This document shows, piece by piece, positions 38,553-51,590 of a DNA stretch of 64,000 bases. The DNA is from Octopus sinensis (Eukaryota). The DNA lies in assembly GCF_006345805.1 (NCBI RefSeq), contig NC_042998.1, positions 146,568,001 to 146,632,000 of the forward strand. The letters run 5' to 3'. A program made the translations under genes and the position numbers. Positions within the stretch are counted from its first letter, which is position 1, and each line of letters begins with the position of its first letter. The notes under the pieces were generated by a model. The model did not search any database and was not told the DNA's origin. It was given only the letters and a program-made list of their open reading frames with translations.

Positions 38553-39697
38553 GGGTTGGACAAAATAATGGAAACACCTAGCATAGATCATCATAATTTT
38601 GAAATATCTATAAAATTGTCAAAAGCTTGTTTATTTTGGGTTTTTGATTATTAGTGTTGCTTAATATGTTTTGCTAAAATTGCTGTTTCTTTTTAGATAT
38701 CATCAGAAAAAAGTAATTAAAATGACAGATCTATTGGACTTTCAAAGAGGTCAGCTAGTTGGTGCTTGTATGGCAGGTGCTACCATAATGAAAACAGCCA
38801 AAATGTTTGGTTTATCAAGAAGAACTGTCTCCAAAGTAATGACAGCCTTTGAGAAAGAAGGAAAAACCTCCTCATTGAAACAAAACTCCGGAAGAAAGCC
38901 AAATCTTTCAAAAAGGGACCGTTGGACTCTTATGCAAATTGTTACAACGGATCATAAAAATACAGCTCCCCAAATTACTAGAGCTTTATGACCACCTCGA
39001 GAACCCAGTTTCCACAAAAACTGTTTGCTGGGAGCTGCATAAAGCTGGATTTCATGAGAGGGCTGCAATCAGAAAACCACTACTTTCAAAAACAAACGTT
39101 GTAAAGCATTTAGAGTGGAGTAAAAACCTACAGGATTGGTCCCTAAAGCAGTGGAAGAATGTTATTTTCTTAGATGAGTCATCCTTCACCTTATTTCCAA
39201 CCACTGGCTGAGTATACATGTGGAGACAGCCAAAAGAAGTATTTGACCCAGACTGCCTTCTTCCAACAATTAAACCTGGAGGAGGATCTGTGATGATCGG
39301 GGGTGGGTGGGTTATATCTTGGAAATCCACCGGCCCAATGGTTTCCCTTCATTGCAGAATTAATAGTGAAGACTATTTCAGCATTTTATCTGATCAAATT
39401 CATCCTATGGTTGTGGAACTGTTTCTGGAGGGAAACGCAATCTTTCAGGATGATAATGCACCAATTCATACAGCTAAAGTTGTTACTGATTGTCACAAAG
39501 AACATTCTAGTGAAGTTGAACAGCTTATCTGGCCACCACAGTCCCCGAATCTCAATATTATTGAACATTTATGGTGCATTTTAGAAAAACAAGCAAGGAG
39601 TCAATCTCTTCCACCATCATCACTACAAGAACTGGAGACTGTTTTAGCTGAAGAATGGACAAAAGTTCCTTTGGAAGCAAGTCAAACTTTGTACGAA
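38550..39697 (+). mobile_element. Tc1-like DD36E (Incomer-type) transposon, decayed and 3-prime truncated
   Basis: CAGGGGTTGGACAAAATAATGGAAACACC left end; ATG at 38722, MTDLLDFQRGQLVG HTH; FLDES...FQDDNAPIH...SPNLNIIE with 36 residues between D2 and E. One frameshift near 38985, TGA at 39209. Confidence 0.9.
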
Positions 39698-39704
39698 TGA
39701 GTTT

Positions 39705-40480
39705 AAATGCATCCCAATCAATAGTATTTCATATATATACTTTCTTAGGATCCTTTAAGATGCTTACTTTGCATTTATATATGACATTTCTTTTAAAGGA
39801 CAGGCACTTCAGGATTGGCAGTTGTATCTTTTATCCCTAGAACAATAATTTTCCTTATTACACCCAGCTATACTAGCGTTATTATCAACCTTATTTCAAA
39901 ATTTAAATCTATTATTTGTTGCTATAATCAACCCCAAATTTGGTGTTGTAGAATAGGATAATTTCAAAGATGATCTGTTAAATATAGAATGACACTTATG
40001 TTCTTATTGATTAACCCCCCAAAAAAAATCTCAGGGAGGTTCCTAATACGAAGGGAAAATGGAGGGGTAAACCCAATTATATCCCATTTTTGAGATGTTT
40101 TATTATCAAGTTGTCTGCTCAAGTTTGGGATCCCTGTGATCTTATAGTTCAAATGATTGCTATTCCTATTATGTCTATATTTGAGCCTGAATTCAGAAGG
40201 ATCAGTATCATAAGGGACATCTATATTTAGATCACCTAGATTTGGGACCATTTGATTCAACTTTATTCTAAATAATGTATTTCTAATATAAAAGATTTTT
40301 TGGTTGAAGCCACTATTCATTAAAGCTAGATTATAAAGTAGATGCATGATTGTTAAAAGTCTGCTTGTTGGCAGATAGGTTAGATATTCTAAATCATATC
40401 CTTTCAACAATACTATTGATAACACTTTTTGGATGATTTGACATGACATTGATATAAATGTATAAATTTTGTAAAATTTT
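39705..40480 (-). mobile_element. Degraded Penelope-like element (RT thumb to start of GIY-YIG)
   Basis: YINVMSNHPKSVI...RISNLSAN...YNLALMNSGFNQKI...DIIGFTPPFSL...KLSYSTTPNLGLII...YNCQ..ACPLK...KVYI*; abuts the truncated Tc1 end. Confidence 0.85.
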
Positions 40481-42302
40481 TTTGTAATTTTCTTAGTAGT
40501 TCAATGACCTGGAATCTTGGAATTCATGAAATTTTTATACTTGTATATAATTACAACTGCTTAAACATATTCTTACAATAGCATGCATAATTTTAAAATT
40601 CTGAATCTGTTCGTATTCTCCGATGAAGGAAATGTGGATTACTGAAGTTGAAAAGGATTTACCTACACATTTCTTTGCACATGCCTGGAAACAGCTGTAA
40701 GATTTTTTCATATTTATTGGATTCATTTGAGGTTTTCCTTTATGGATTATTGTGAACTGTTATCTCATCACTTTGAGACTTGTCTGAATGTATTTATGTA
40801 ATTCTTCATCTGATTTTGAATTGGGCAGAGAATTACACTATAATATGTATATATATGCTTTTATATGTTATATGTTCACATATTTATAATGGCTCATATA
40901 TACCTTCTGTGTTTAGATCTATGTTGGCTTTGATGAGGAGTATTATTGACCTTCAAATTTGTCTCTTTCTAATTAATACTTTAGTCTAATTGCTCAATAA
41001 ATTGAGCCCTATGGTGTTGTTTATTGAAAAGAGTTCACCTCTGATTTTTCATTATCTATGCACACACACACACACACACACGTTTTGAATTCTATTTTCC
41101 TGTTTGTATCATCAAACTATGCATACAAGCACCAATAAACACACACACACACACAATGAGCTTTCCATCAACTACATCCACTCAAGAGGCTTTGGTTAAC
41201 CCACAGCTATAGGAGAAGATACTTCCCATGAATACAAAACAATCTAACAATGATTTTTCAGAAGCCCTAAAAGTTTTAATAGAGGAAACAGTAAGTTTTG
41301 ACATTCAATCCTTTCCCAGAAGAATTAGCAGTAATAAATGAAGATTTCCATTGGGAATTAAAACTGGTCTGAAGACTCAGTGTGATGAGAACTTAACATG
41401 GCATTATAGGATTACTATTTGGATAATTAACAAAACAATTTCATATAAAGTGAGAAACTGTTTATTTATTTATTTGTTTATTTCATGTGTAGACATGGAA
41501 ATACCCTTCTCCACTTATGAAATAAATAGAACAAAATATCAAATTACAGTATTTCTGCTTATATCTTACCAATTATTTATTAGCATTGTTTATTGCAATG
41601 AGGAGGAAATGAGAATTGTAGCATTTATCTCTTTCCTGAGAGAATATGAGGCTAAATTCTTTTGAAACAAAAGAAATAAATTTACTCTTCTGTTACTATA
41701 TTTCTGTTGAGATATACACCCTTTGTGTTAAATAACAACCATTATTAAGATTGGGTTTAGAGCATCAGTTAACATGAAATTTTTATGCACGGCTTTTATC
41801 TAGATCACTCTAATCAGGAAATCTGTAGCTGAAAACTAGGGTTAGTCACAGGCTGGTTAGTGTCAAAAACGTTAAGGTGTTTGCTGTAATGCATAGTCTG
41901 TTTAGGGATTCAATCGCATGACAGAGGTACTTCCATACAGGTTTTGTCAGTCAAATTCACTCACAGTACATTTGTCAAGACATTCAAAGCCCAAACAGAT
42001 TATGCATTATGATTATACTTTGACCTTTCAACCAACATAAAGTTATCTCCTTCAGTAACACTCTCTCTCCCATTTGAGGAGTCTTTGTCTTGCAAGTTAC
42101 TTGGTAATCTCCTAGTTCTGGTGCCATGTGAAAAGCACTCAGTACACTCTGTAAAGTGGTTGGTATTAGGATGGGTATAGAAACCATGCCAAAACAGACA
42201 ACAGAGCCCGGAGAGGTTCTCTGGCTTGTCAGCTCCTGTCAAACTGTCCAACCCATGCCAGCATGGAAGACGGATGTTAAACAAAGATGATGATGATATA
42301 TA

Positions 42303-42331
42303 CTGGGGTTGGACAAAATAATAGAAATAGC
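42303..42331 (+). mobile_element. Orphan terminal repeat of the DD36E family
   Basis: TA|CTGGGGTTGGACAAAATAATAGAAATAGC, 25/29 identical to 38550-38578, same orientation. Confidence 0.65.
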
Positions 42332-42829
42332 ACTTTATTTTAATTTAACTAGTTTTTCTTATTGGCAATACAACAAATTCAAAACTGTTCTAGTCTGTAT
42401 CTATAGGTTCATATGCTTTATGTATGTTTTGTACTTGAGCTCATCTCATTTTCTTGTAAATTTATAAATTAAAAAAAAAATCACTCAAGCAACTAGTGGC
42501 TGTTAACTGGGTAGCTTTCTGAAGTATGTGATGTGAATAGTGAAATCATTTAAACCACAGAAATTCTGGGGTTATAATTCTTCTTACTTCTACTATAACT
42601 GGTGCACCTAGACTATGGTAAACTATAATCTAGATGCACCCCAGTAGATACTTTCTAATGTTTCTTAACATGAATTGTGTTCATTAAAATTGCCAGCTAT
42701 GGTAACAATATTGCTGTTATTCTTTCCTGTGGCAGCCCCATCACAAAGGTCTCATGACACTATTTCTTTTGTTCATATCTCAAGATTACTTGTTGAATCA
42801 TCAATTCTACATATAGAGCTTTGTATATT

Positions 42830-45622
42830 TATTGTAGGGAATTAGTAATAATGGTTCACCCCTCCCACGTGATGAATGGAGTAAACTGGTCACTATAAGT
42901 AAAGAGAAGTAAATGAAGTACCATAGGCAGTCAGAGATAGTCATGTCTTTACTGGTTTTACTAAGTATACTGTATACCGAAGTGAGCGTTGTAATAATCC
43001 AACATTGTAAGCATACAACAGTGTTGATGAGGATAATTAATAAACTCAACAGGATTTAAACAACTCATGAGGAATTAATAAACTCTATGAGAATTAACAA
43101 CTTGCAAGAAGGTAACAAAGATTTGTTGTGTGAATTTTATGAAAAAATTCGTTAAAATTATGAAAAATTTGTTGGCTGGTTTGCTCAATTTTCAAAAACA
43201 AACAACAAATGAAAGAACAACAACAATTACTATTACAGCAACAAATGCTGCAATTAATAAAGTTTCCAGGAAATTCAGAAAAAGTGTTCTCGCCAGATAT
43301 GTTGCAAACTCCATAACAGAGTTACCTTCAAAGCATACTACAGAAGATATGAGCTAATCTTTGAGAAAGAATGTAAAGATTAGGATGATGAGATAGAAAT
43401 GCACTTAATCTTGAGAAAACTGGCAGCAACAGAATGTGAATTGAATGATACAGTAATTATGTACTCCCAAGAAAACCTTTGAACATTAACTTTAATGACA
43501 CAATTGATATACTGTGTAAAATTTTCAGTGAAAAAAGCTCATTGTTCAACACATGTTGGATGTGTCTGAACACAGAGAAAAACAGTGATGAGGATTTCAT
43601 TACATATACTGGTAAAGTAAACAGGGAATGCGAGAAGTTTAAGCTGGATAAATTAACACAAGATATGTTCAAATGCCTGATTTTTACACAGGGACTTATT
43701 ACTGAAAAGGATGCAGAAGTTAGAACTAGAATTCTTGCAAAGCTGGAACAAAACCAGGCTGTAACCCTACAGCAAGTGTCAGAAGAATGTGAAAGGATAG
43801 TCAAATTAAGACATGAGACAGAGGAAAATGAATGGAAAGATTGTTTCCAAGTAACGTAAGTGTGAAATAATCAGAATAGAGATAAAGTGTTTTCTAAAAA
43901 ACACGACAAAAATCAGGAAATAAACCCATATTTCGCATGTGGAGGTAAACACCTGAGGAAAAATTATCCATTTAAGAAAGCGGAGTGCTTTCGTTGTGGT
44001 AATATTGGACATATAAAGACACACTGAAGATGATAAAATGTCAGAACAAAGGAAAAAGAATAAACAGTATGTCATCAGAAGAAATTCATGAAGGTGAAAA
44101 CCAGAAATAAAAGTGTTAAAATGCAGTTGAATACTGGTAATGATATTACCATTATAAACCAAAAAACTTGGAAATATGTCAGTAAGCTAAAATTAATTAA
44201 ATCTAAAAAGGTAGCACATGGTGTTACAGAGAAAAAGATTATATTTTATTTCGTGGATTCATATGCAATGTAACATTTTGAGGTCAAGTGAAAAAGGCAA
44301 AGATAAATGTATTAAAAGATTCACTTAATTTATTTGGAACAGAGGGGATGGAATTATTCGAATTATGGAATACGTCCATATGTGTTTTATGTGGAAATAT
44401 AATTGGTTCAGTCAAACTTTTGAATGCAGCTGAGGGACTGAAACAAAAAATTGCAATAAAACAGGGTAGAACACCTGTATATAAGCCAAAATGAAATGAA
44501 AAATTGTCCAAGATAGAAAGTAAACATTCTTCAAAAGTAGATGTTCTGTGGTTGAGACTACACTTCAATTTTGCTGGTCCTTTAAACGGTTCTTACTATT
44601 TAGTGGTAGTTGATAGTTTTCAAAATGGCCTGAAATTTGTAAGTGTAAAAAATCAACCTCCTCAACTGTAAAATTTTTTTTACATGAATTGTTTGCAAGA
44701 TTTGACATCCCAGACAAGATAGTGTCTGACAATGGGACACAATTTGTGTCTAGCGAATTTTAAAATTTTGTGGTATGTTTGCAGTAGAACATATAACTAT
44801 GGAACCATATCATCCCAGATCTAATGGACAGGCAGAATGCTTTGTTGATACCTTCAAAAGAGCCCTTAGAAAATCGAACAAGGAAGTCATGGATGAGGTA
44901 GCTCTACAACAATTTTTAAGCATGTACCATGTGACACCAAATCCAAATACACCAGCAGAGCTGATGTTTGCAAGGAAAGTAGAATCAGTCTTTGATAAAT
45001 TGCTACCTGGCAAAAAAGAAAAAGTGCCAGGGAAGACATAACAAGATTCTTTAAAAGTTGGTGAAAAGGTGTATATGAGGGCATACAAGAATGGAAAGTA
45101 GAGTTGAAAAGATGGCGTAATTACCAAATGCATAAGTAAAATGATGTATTGGGTAAAAAGTAGAAAAGGTATGCAAAAGAGATACAGGAACCAACAGAAA
45201 AACAGATTCATTGAAAGCAAACTAAAGATGTTGGAGGAACCAATGGCATGGTTGTATGATACGTTCTAAGTACCAATGCCACTGCAAGTGATTGAACCCA
45301 GGCGTACAAGTGGGAGGACAAGAAAACATACAGAGTTCCTGAAAATAGATGCCAAGCACAAAAAATATTAACTTGTATGAAAAATAACTTAAAAAAGGGA
45401 GGTGGGATGAATTTTAAAAACATTGCTAAATAAAAAGACACTTCCTAAGAAAAACTTCAAAGGGGCAATGTTGTAGGGAATTAGTAATAATGATTCACCC
45501 ATCCCATGTAACAAGTGGCATGAGTTAGTCACTATAAATAGGAGGATGAGAGAGTATGTAGTAGGTGGTCAGAGAGTACACAGTAGGTGTTATAACAATT
45601 CAACATTGTAAGGATTATAACA
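42830..45622 (+). mobile_element. Internally deleted Gypsy (Mag-like) LTR retrotransposon relic
   Basis: 5-prime LTR 42830-43020, 3-prime LTR 45469-45622 (TG...CA), 5-bp TSD ATATT, decayed PBS gtgttgatgaggat, PPT aaaggggcaa. Gag with CFRCGNIGH knuckle, protease QLNTG, integrase IVSDNGTQF and YHPRSNGQAE. No RT or RNase H seen. Confidence 0.88.
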
Positions 45623-46976
45623 ATATTATTTTTTAATGCAAGCAGAATTTAACACAAAAGTTGTGAACCATGAAACTTTTATGTAAATCAGCCAACTCAT
45701 ACCTTTCACATAACTGAAGATGACATTGAGAACCAAGTATCAAGTTGACCAAACAACAACAATGCTACCACCATCACTATTGATGTAGTAACAACTTATT
45801 TACCACAAAGGCAATGGATGAGAGAACATGACAAGGACAAATTATAAACAATGGTGGGGTGGGAGTTTATGAAGAACTGATCATGGAATAATAAAAAAGA
45901 AATGAGATTCTCCAATAGGAAAACAACTACATAAGCCTGATTTTTACATTGCCTAATTAAGGCACACCACTAATCCAAACTTACCATCAATTATAAAAGC
46001 AAGTGCTTTCTAACTGTATTCACCAGCTTCCAGAGGCATACTGAGAGTAGGCTTTTTCAGTAAATTTATGGAAAGGCAGCAATTGCCAGTCCATCTTTAC
46101 TTTTCTCTTTATAAAAATCTCAAAGAAGATGATGAGGGCAATAAATAAATCTCAGTAGAATATGTAAAGATTAAAAAGAAACAGTTAATATTGTTTGTGG
46201 CTGTCAAATCTAAACCAAGAGAATCTATACAGGCATGACAGAGATAGGGCTTTCATACTTTTGCAGTTATGTCAACATTATGAAATACTAAGAGAAAAGA
46301 GGCAATATAAAATATTACTAGAAAAGTTTTCAGGGAATATAGCAATTCCTAGAAAGAGGGCAATCAAAGTTACTTGATGGACAGTATCATTAAGGATCAT
46401 TAGGAAAAGAAGTAATTTCTCATAGAACAACAATGTTTCTATAAAGGAAATACAGACACTATTCAAATACAAAGATCTGGAAATAGAGATAACCAGCGAG
46501 ATGAATTGAAAACAGAAATAATTCCTATATTAATAGATGCCTTGGGAATGATTTAAAAACCTGCAGACAAGTACATAACTAAACTCCTGAATATTCCACA
46601 TGTATGCAACATGCTGTAAGAGGTTACCTTCTTCCTTCAACAGTCTCAAAAAACCCTTGCCTTCCCTCCTGACTAAAAGTTAAAAATAAAAATTACATCA
46701 ATGCTATTATTTGATTGGCAATTATTTTGACACAAGAAGGCTCAAAAACAAAGCAAAGTGGTATAAAGTCAATTTTGTGTTCTATCCTAATACTTTTGTT
46801 TTGTTTCATAGTAAATAATTGCTAAGTAGAATTAAACTTTCCCACACTATCATGCTTTTCTTATAATTATAACAATTAGAAAACTAGCATAAAGCCAGAT
46901 ATGAGACCAACTATCACCATTATTGTCATTAGATATAAATCCTCATTTTTATAAAATTTAAAATATGTATACAGAC

Positions 46977-47119
46977 CTTATAAGGCCTCCAGGAGGTGAA
47001 TAAGCATAACAATGTAAATTAGGGTATTGTCTTTTTAGCAGAATGGCTAAAATTGATGCAGTTCCAGCTCCAAGAGAATGTCCAACTAAAATTAAATTGT
47101 ATTGATCAGTTCTGCGATC
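46977..47119 (-). CDS. DAGLA: DAGLA coding exon with catalytic serine (GHSLG), phase 0-2
   Basis: ttttcag / gtctgt; 143 nt; DRRTDQYNLILVGHSLGAGTASILAILLKRQYPNLHCYAYSPPGGLI+AG; GxSxG nucleophile elbow. Confidence 0.96.
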
Positions 47120-47330
47120 CTGAAAAGAGAAATAAAATTTTCAAAGCAACATTGTTTATGACATTGTAATTTATTACTTTTACAAATAAACAAAATTAAT
47201 TGAAATATATTTTTTCTAATTCACAAATTACAGCAAAGAGAAATATTTTTAACAGAGAATATTTTTCTTACAATTTTATCCTTCCTACCAAACAGAATAT
47301 TAAACTGATCTCTTTTGATATGCCCAACTT

Positions 47331-47411
47331 TTGTCTAATGAGCCACTAAATGAAGCCTCAGTTAATATTATCTACTAATGGATACACAGACAATGAAGAA
47401 GTAATAAAGTA
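47331..47411 (+). repeat. 81-bp direct repeat, copy 1 (copy 2 at 48371-48451)
   Basis: ttgtctaatgagccactaaatgaagcctcag...gtaataaagta; one mismatch between copies, 1040 bp apart. Confidence 0.92.
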
Positions 47412-47747
47412 AAGTAACATCAACCAAAAACTTAATCTGAACATAAATTTCACATTACACAATATCATTCCACTGGTCTTTGTACTTCAAAGAGTGATCA
47501 TATATATTTTATCAGACAGAATTACAGAATGACAGTGGCTTCAAAGTTTCACCAGAGAAGATTCACTGTCTGATGAACAGTTGCTGGCAAAACTTTAAAG
47601 TCACTGTCATCCTGTGTTTCTGTCATATATATCATACAGGCTCTATTATACAACATATTTAATAATCAATGATAATAATATTGATTTCTTTATTTCCTTT
47701 GAAGACTGGAGTAAATTATACACAAACTGAACAATAATTATACTTAC

Positions 47748-47828
47748 GAAATCACTATTAAATGCTTTTGACAAAATATTTTCTTCGACTAATTTTTTCT
47801 GAATGTACTGTGCTGCATCAACCATACC
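47748..47828 (-). CDS. DAGLA: DAGLA coding exon, phase 0-0
   Basis: ccattag / gtaagt; 81 nt; GMVDAAQYIQKKLVEENILSKAFNSDF. Confidence 0.92.
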
Positions 47829-47954
47829 CTAATGGAAACAGTAAATTACATAAAATACTTTATTTCACATAAATATATATATATTTGGATTACATTGATA
47901 AGTAGATATATACTAAAACAAACAGATATATGCAAAGACTTAAAGTTTATTTAA

Positions 47955-48480
47955 ACTGAATTCATCCTACAGTGATCTCCATTCAAAACTTGCTGAGGCT
48001 CAGTACATCTATTTTCATAAATGTTGCTGCAAGCTTCTTTTTTGATTTGATTGGCCAGTCTTTTCTTTTTTACATGTTCACTAATGAACAACCAGCAAAA
48101 CAAGTCTAAAAAAAGAGGCATTACCTGGTTCAACCTGCTTTTCAGTAGTAACAGATATAATGCATGCTTTCTTGTCTCCTCAGTAAACACACCATTCATT
48201 AGAAACAATAGAAAAGTTATCTACAGCCACACAGAACATATTAGACCTATCATATGAACACTAAATAATAACATGTCAAGAACCACCCACAATATGGCTG
48301 AAAACACATGCACTTACAACAGACCAAGGCCATGCCCATTAAGGGGAAAGCTGCTTGAAAAAAACAAACATTGTCTATTGAGCCACTAAATGAAGCCTCA
48401 GTTAATATTATCTACTAATGGATACACAGACAATGAAGAAGTAATAAAGTAGCCCTAAGGAAGACAGATCAAGAAAACTA
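47955..48480 (+). mobile_element. Degraded Penelope-like element fragment
   Basis: KKRGITWFNLLFS (IIWFNPPFS-like), NRKVIYSHTEHI, TCTYNRPRPCPLRGKLL (CNC..CPL.G.CL linker preceding GIY-YIG). Confidence 0.75.
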
Positions 48481-49949
48481 TATTGTTGCAACTAGCCGAA
48501 CGTTTAACATCAGATATACACCACACACATTTTAGAATATGAACAGAATGAAATGTCACATCTCTGTCTAGGTACATCTGGTAGTTAAAGGGAAATGAAA
48601 ACACACACACACACAATTTTTATTATTATAATTATTATTATTGTTAAGGCAGCAAGCTGGTAGAATTGTTAGCATGCCAGGCAAAATGATCTGCAGTATT
48701 TCGTTTGTCCTTACATTCTGAATTCAATTCCACCAAGATTAACCTTGCCTTTCACCCTTTCAGGGTCAGTTAAATGATCCTGTTATACTAGTTATGCACT
48801 AGGGTTGATGTAATCGATTATCCCCCTCCCCCCAAATTTCAGGTTTTGTGCCTATAGTAGAAAGGAATATTATTATCCTGATTTTCCCTTCCCACTGTTT
48901 TCACCAATCACTTCCTTCATGTGCTTTCATCCACTGCTCTCTCCCCTCTGCTATACTCCCACCTTTACACTTCCCTTAACTCTTATTGTTCCCAGTGCAC
49001 TCACATATCTCATCCCTCCCCAGCTACACCCATATCATTCACCATCACTTGCTATAGTCACCTCTGTCAACAAACCACCAACTTGCTTTGTACTCTTGAA
49101 GCTATGTGAAGTAAGAGATGCTTTACTTGAAAAACATGTAATATGTTTTACAGGAAAGACATTCAGCTGTAAAACAAAGCCTCAATAACATGTTTGTCTA
49201 ATCTATACAAGCATGGAAAAATGGCTATATTTTTACTCTCTTGATCATCACTTACAGTAGTAGAAAATATTTTCTTTTTTTTCATTTGATTTTGCAGATA
49301 TTCTTTAATTCTTTAACTGGTTACAGTTATTAGACTGTGTAGTCATGCTGAAGCACCATCTTCAAAGGTTTTATCATAGTGAACCCATTATTCAAGCCAT
49401 TTTGTATTTATGTTATCAATCACTATTTATTGAATGGTTAAGTTACTAGTTTATCATAAAAACTGATTCACACTAGTAATCACACTCACAAGGCATTTGC
49501 AGTTTCTGCCAAACATATTGCTCCCACAAAGAATACACTGTCATACAAATGCATATAATTGAAATCTAAAATGTTGAAACTTTGAGAAACTCTAATGTTA
49601 TTTAGTCTGAAAGCTGAAGATAAATAAAAAAAAAACATTTCTTCTTTTTTCCATCAATAGCCCACCTATTAGTTCAAAAAAATTAAACCAGTTTTCAATT
49701 TCTAAGATAAAGTTAATGGGTGTTTATAACACATTTATTGTGAAGAATTTGGGAACTGTATATATAATGTAGAGAAGTGGTTCATTTTGATATATTTTGG
49801 ACAGAAAAATAGAACAGTGATGCATTGTAAGAGAGGAATATACAAGAAAATAATTGTTTAGTTTTGTGATTTCTCATGTTTTAAACTTTGTGGCTCTGTG
49901 GAGATGAATTGAAAAACTTACAAGTGCACTTAACACAGGAAATTAAAAA

Positions 49950-51590
49950 CTACTGATGTGCTTTGCAAAGAAAGTAAAAAACAAATTTTAAATTAAAAGA
50001 AAACTGCTTTAAAGTTAAAATGTTTAAAGATTATAGAAAACTATTTCTAACCAAGTTTTATTAATCATTCTTGGGTATAACAAAGTTATATTTATCATGC
50101 TCAAAAAATAGCATGAGTTTTTTAAATACTCAAGAATAATACAGATTTTCCAGAATTCTAAAAAATATTTGTAACAATCTGTAGCACACATTGGTATCTC
50201 TTGTGGCACACTAGTGTATTACATGGCATCATTTAAAACAGTTTGTTTAGGCATAATTATTACACTGATTATGACTGAAACTCAAAAATATGGGACTTGA
50301 AAAGTTTAAACTGAAAAAGTGCTTCCAAATCTGAAACAGATAATTAATGTGTTTGCTGAAAGAGATATTCTGTAATATATATACACATACATATATGTAC
50401 ATACAAACACTCACATATATAGACACATATATATCCATGCCAAGATGGACAACAGATGTTAAAAGATTATGACAATGATGCACACACACATGTATACACA
50501 CACACATTTATGCCTATATAATGATGTATGTTAGATGCATATTAATGTGGTCAAATAAACTGTTTTAATTAGAGTCTTTGACAACAGATAATACAAGACT
50601 TGTCATAACGTTTATCAGCTTTAGCTGCAGGCATAAATACATTAAATGATTAAAATATATTTACACATACAGAGCTAAAGTTTTTGATTTGAGAATTTTT
50701 TCTAATTTGTGAAAATGTTTCTTTATAGAAGAGTTTATATATTACTGTATGCCTTTATTGGATACAACATGTCAGTTGAATAACTCCATAGAAAAATGGA
50801 ATAGTTATTTTCATATAACTTGCAATTTTGTCAATGACTACTTTAGAATGATGAAGACAGTAATGCTAATGATACTGCAATCAGGAATAACAGTGTTTAA
50901 TATTTTTCCCTATATAATTAAGTGGACAAAAAAAATGAAGCTTCCCTACTAATATTATTACAAGTAACAATTCCAGAATATTTTAGGAGTGTTGTGTCCT
51001 TCTGCAAGGCACTTCATTTCATGTTGCTTTTTGAAAATGAGTATCAGCTGATTGCAGGTGAGGGCCTCTCTCCCTCCAGCTGTTTTGTTGGGTTGAATGT
51101 GAGAGGACTGAGAAAGTGTCTGTCTGCTTGCAACTACACAGGCACCTAAAATAACTAATGAAAACATGGTATATACCACCAGTCATACTTGCTTGTAAGT
51201 GATGGCCATGTTTTTTTTTTTTAAGGAAACTCAATAGAAACTCTATAAGAGATATGCAATCACAATATGGTCAAAATACTTTATTCACACAAATTTTTTT
51301 GTCATGACTTTAATTAAGAAAGCTTTAATAAAGTTTAAATTTTATTTTTCTCTCCTTTCTTGTTGAATAGTTCTGACCATGGTGTACTATGGATTTTTAA
51401 GAATATAATTTAAAATTTTTGAAAATTCATACTATTGTTTGAGCATATTATTGATGATTTTGTTACACACAAAAATGATTAATATAACTTGGTTAACAAT
51501 AGTTTTCTATAATTTAAAAGAATTTCAAACTTTAAAAAAGCTAAAAATTTTTAAATGTATTTTAAATTTTCCTGCAAAGTACACCAGTAA
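49950..51590. repeat. Diverged inverted repeat pair (about 49950-50130 and 51420-51590)
   Basis: e.g. atgattaataaaacttggttagaaatagttttctataat (reverse complement of the left arm) vs atgattaatataacttggttaacaatagttttctataat. Boundaries approximate. Confidence 0.7.

Noticed and set aside
42303-42331. Right TIR of the 38550 Tc1 element
   Set aside because: Same orientation as the left end, so it cannot close that element.
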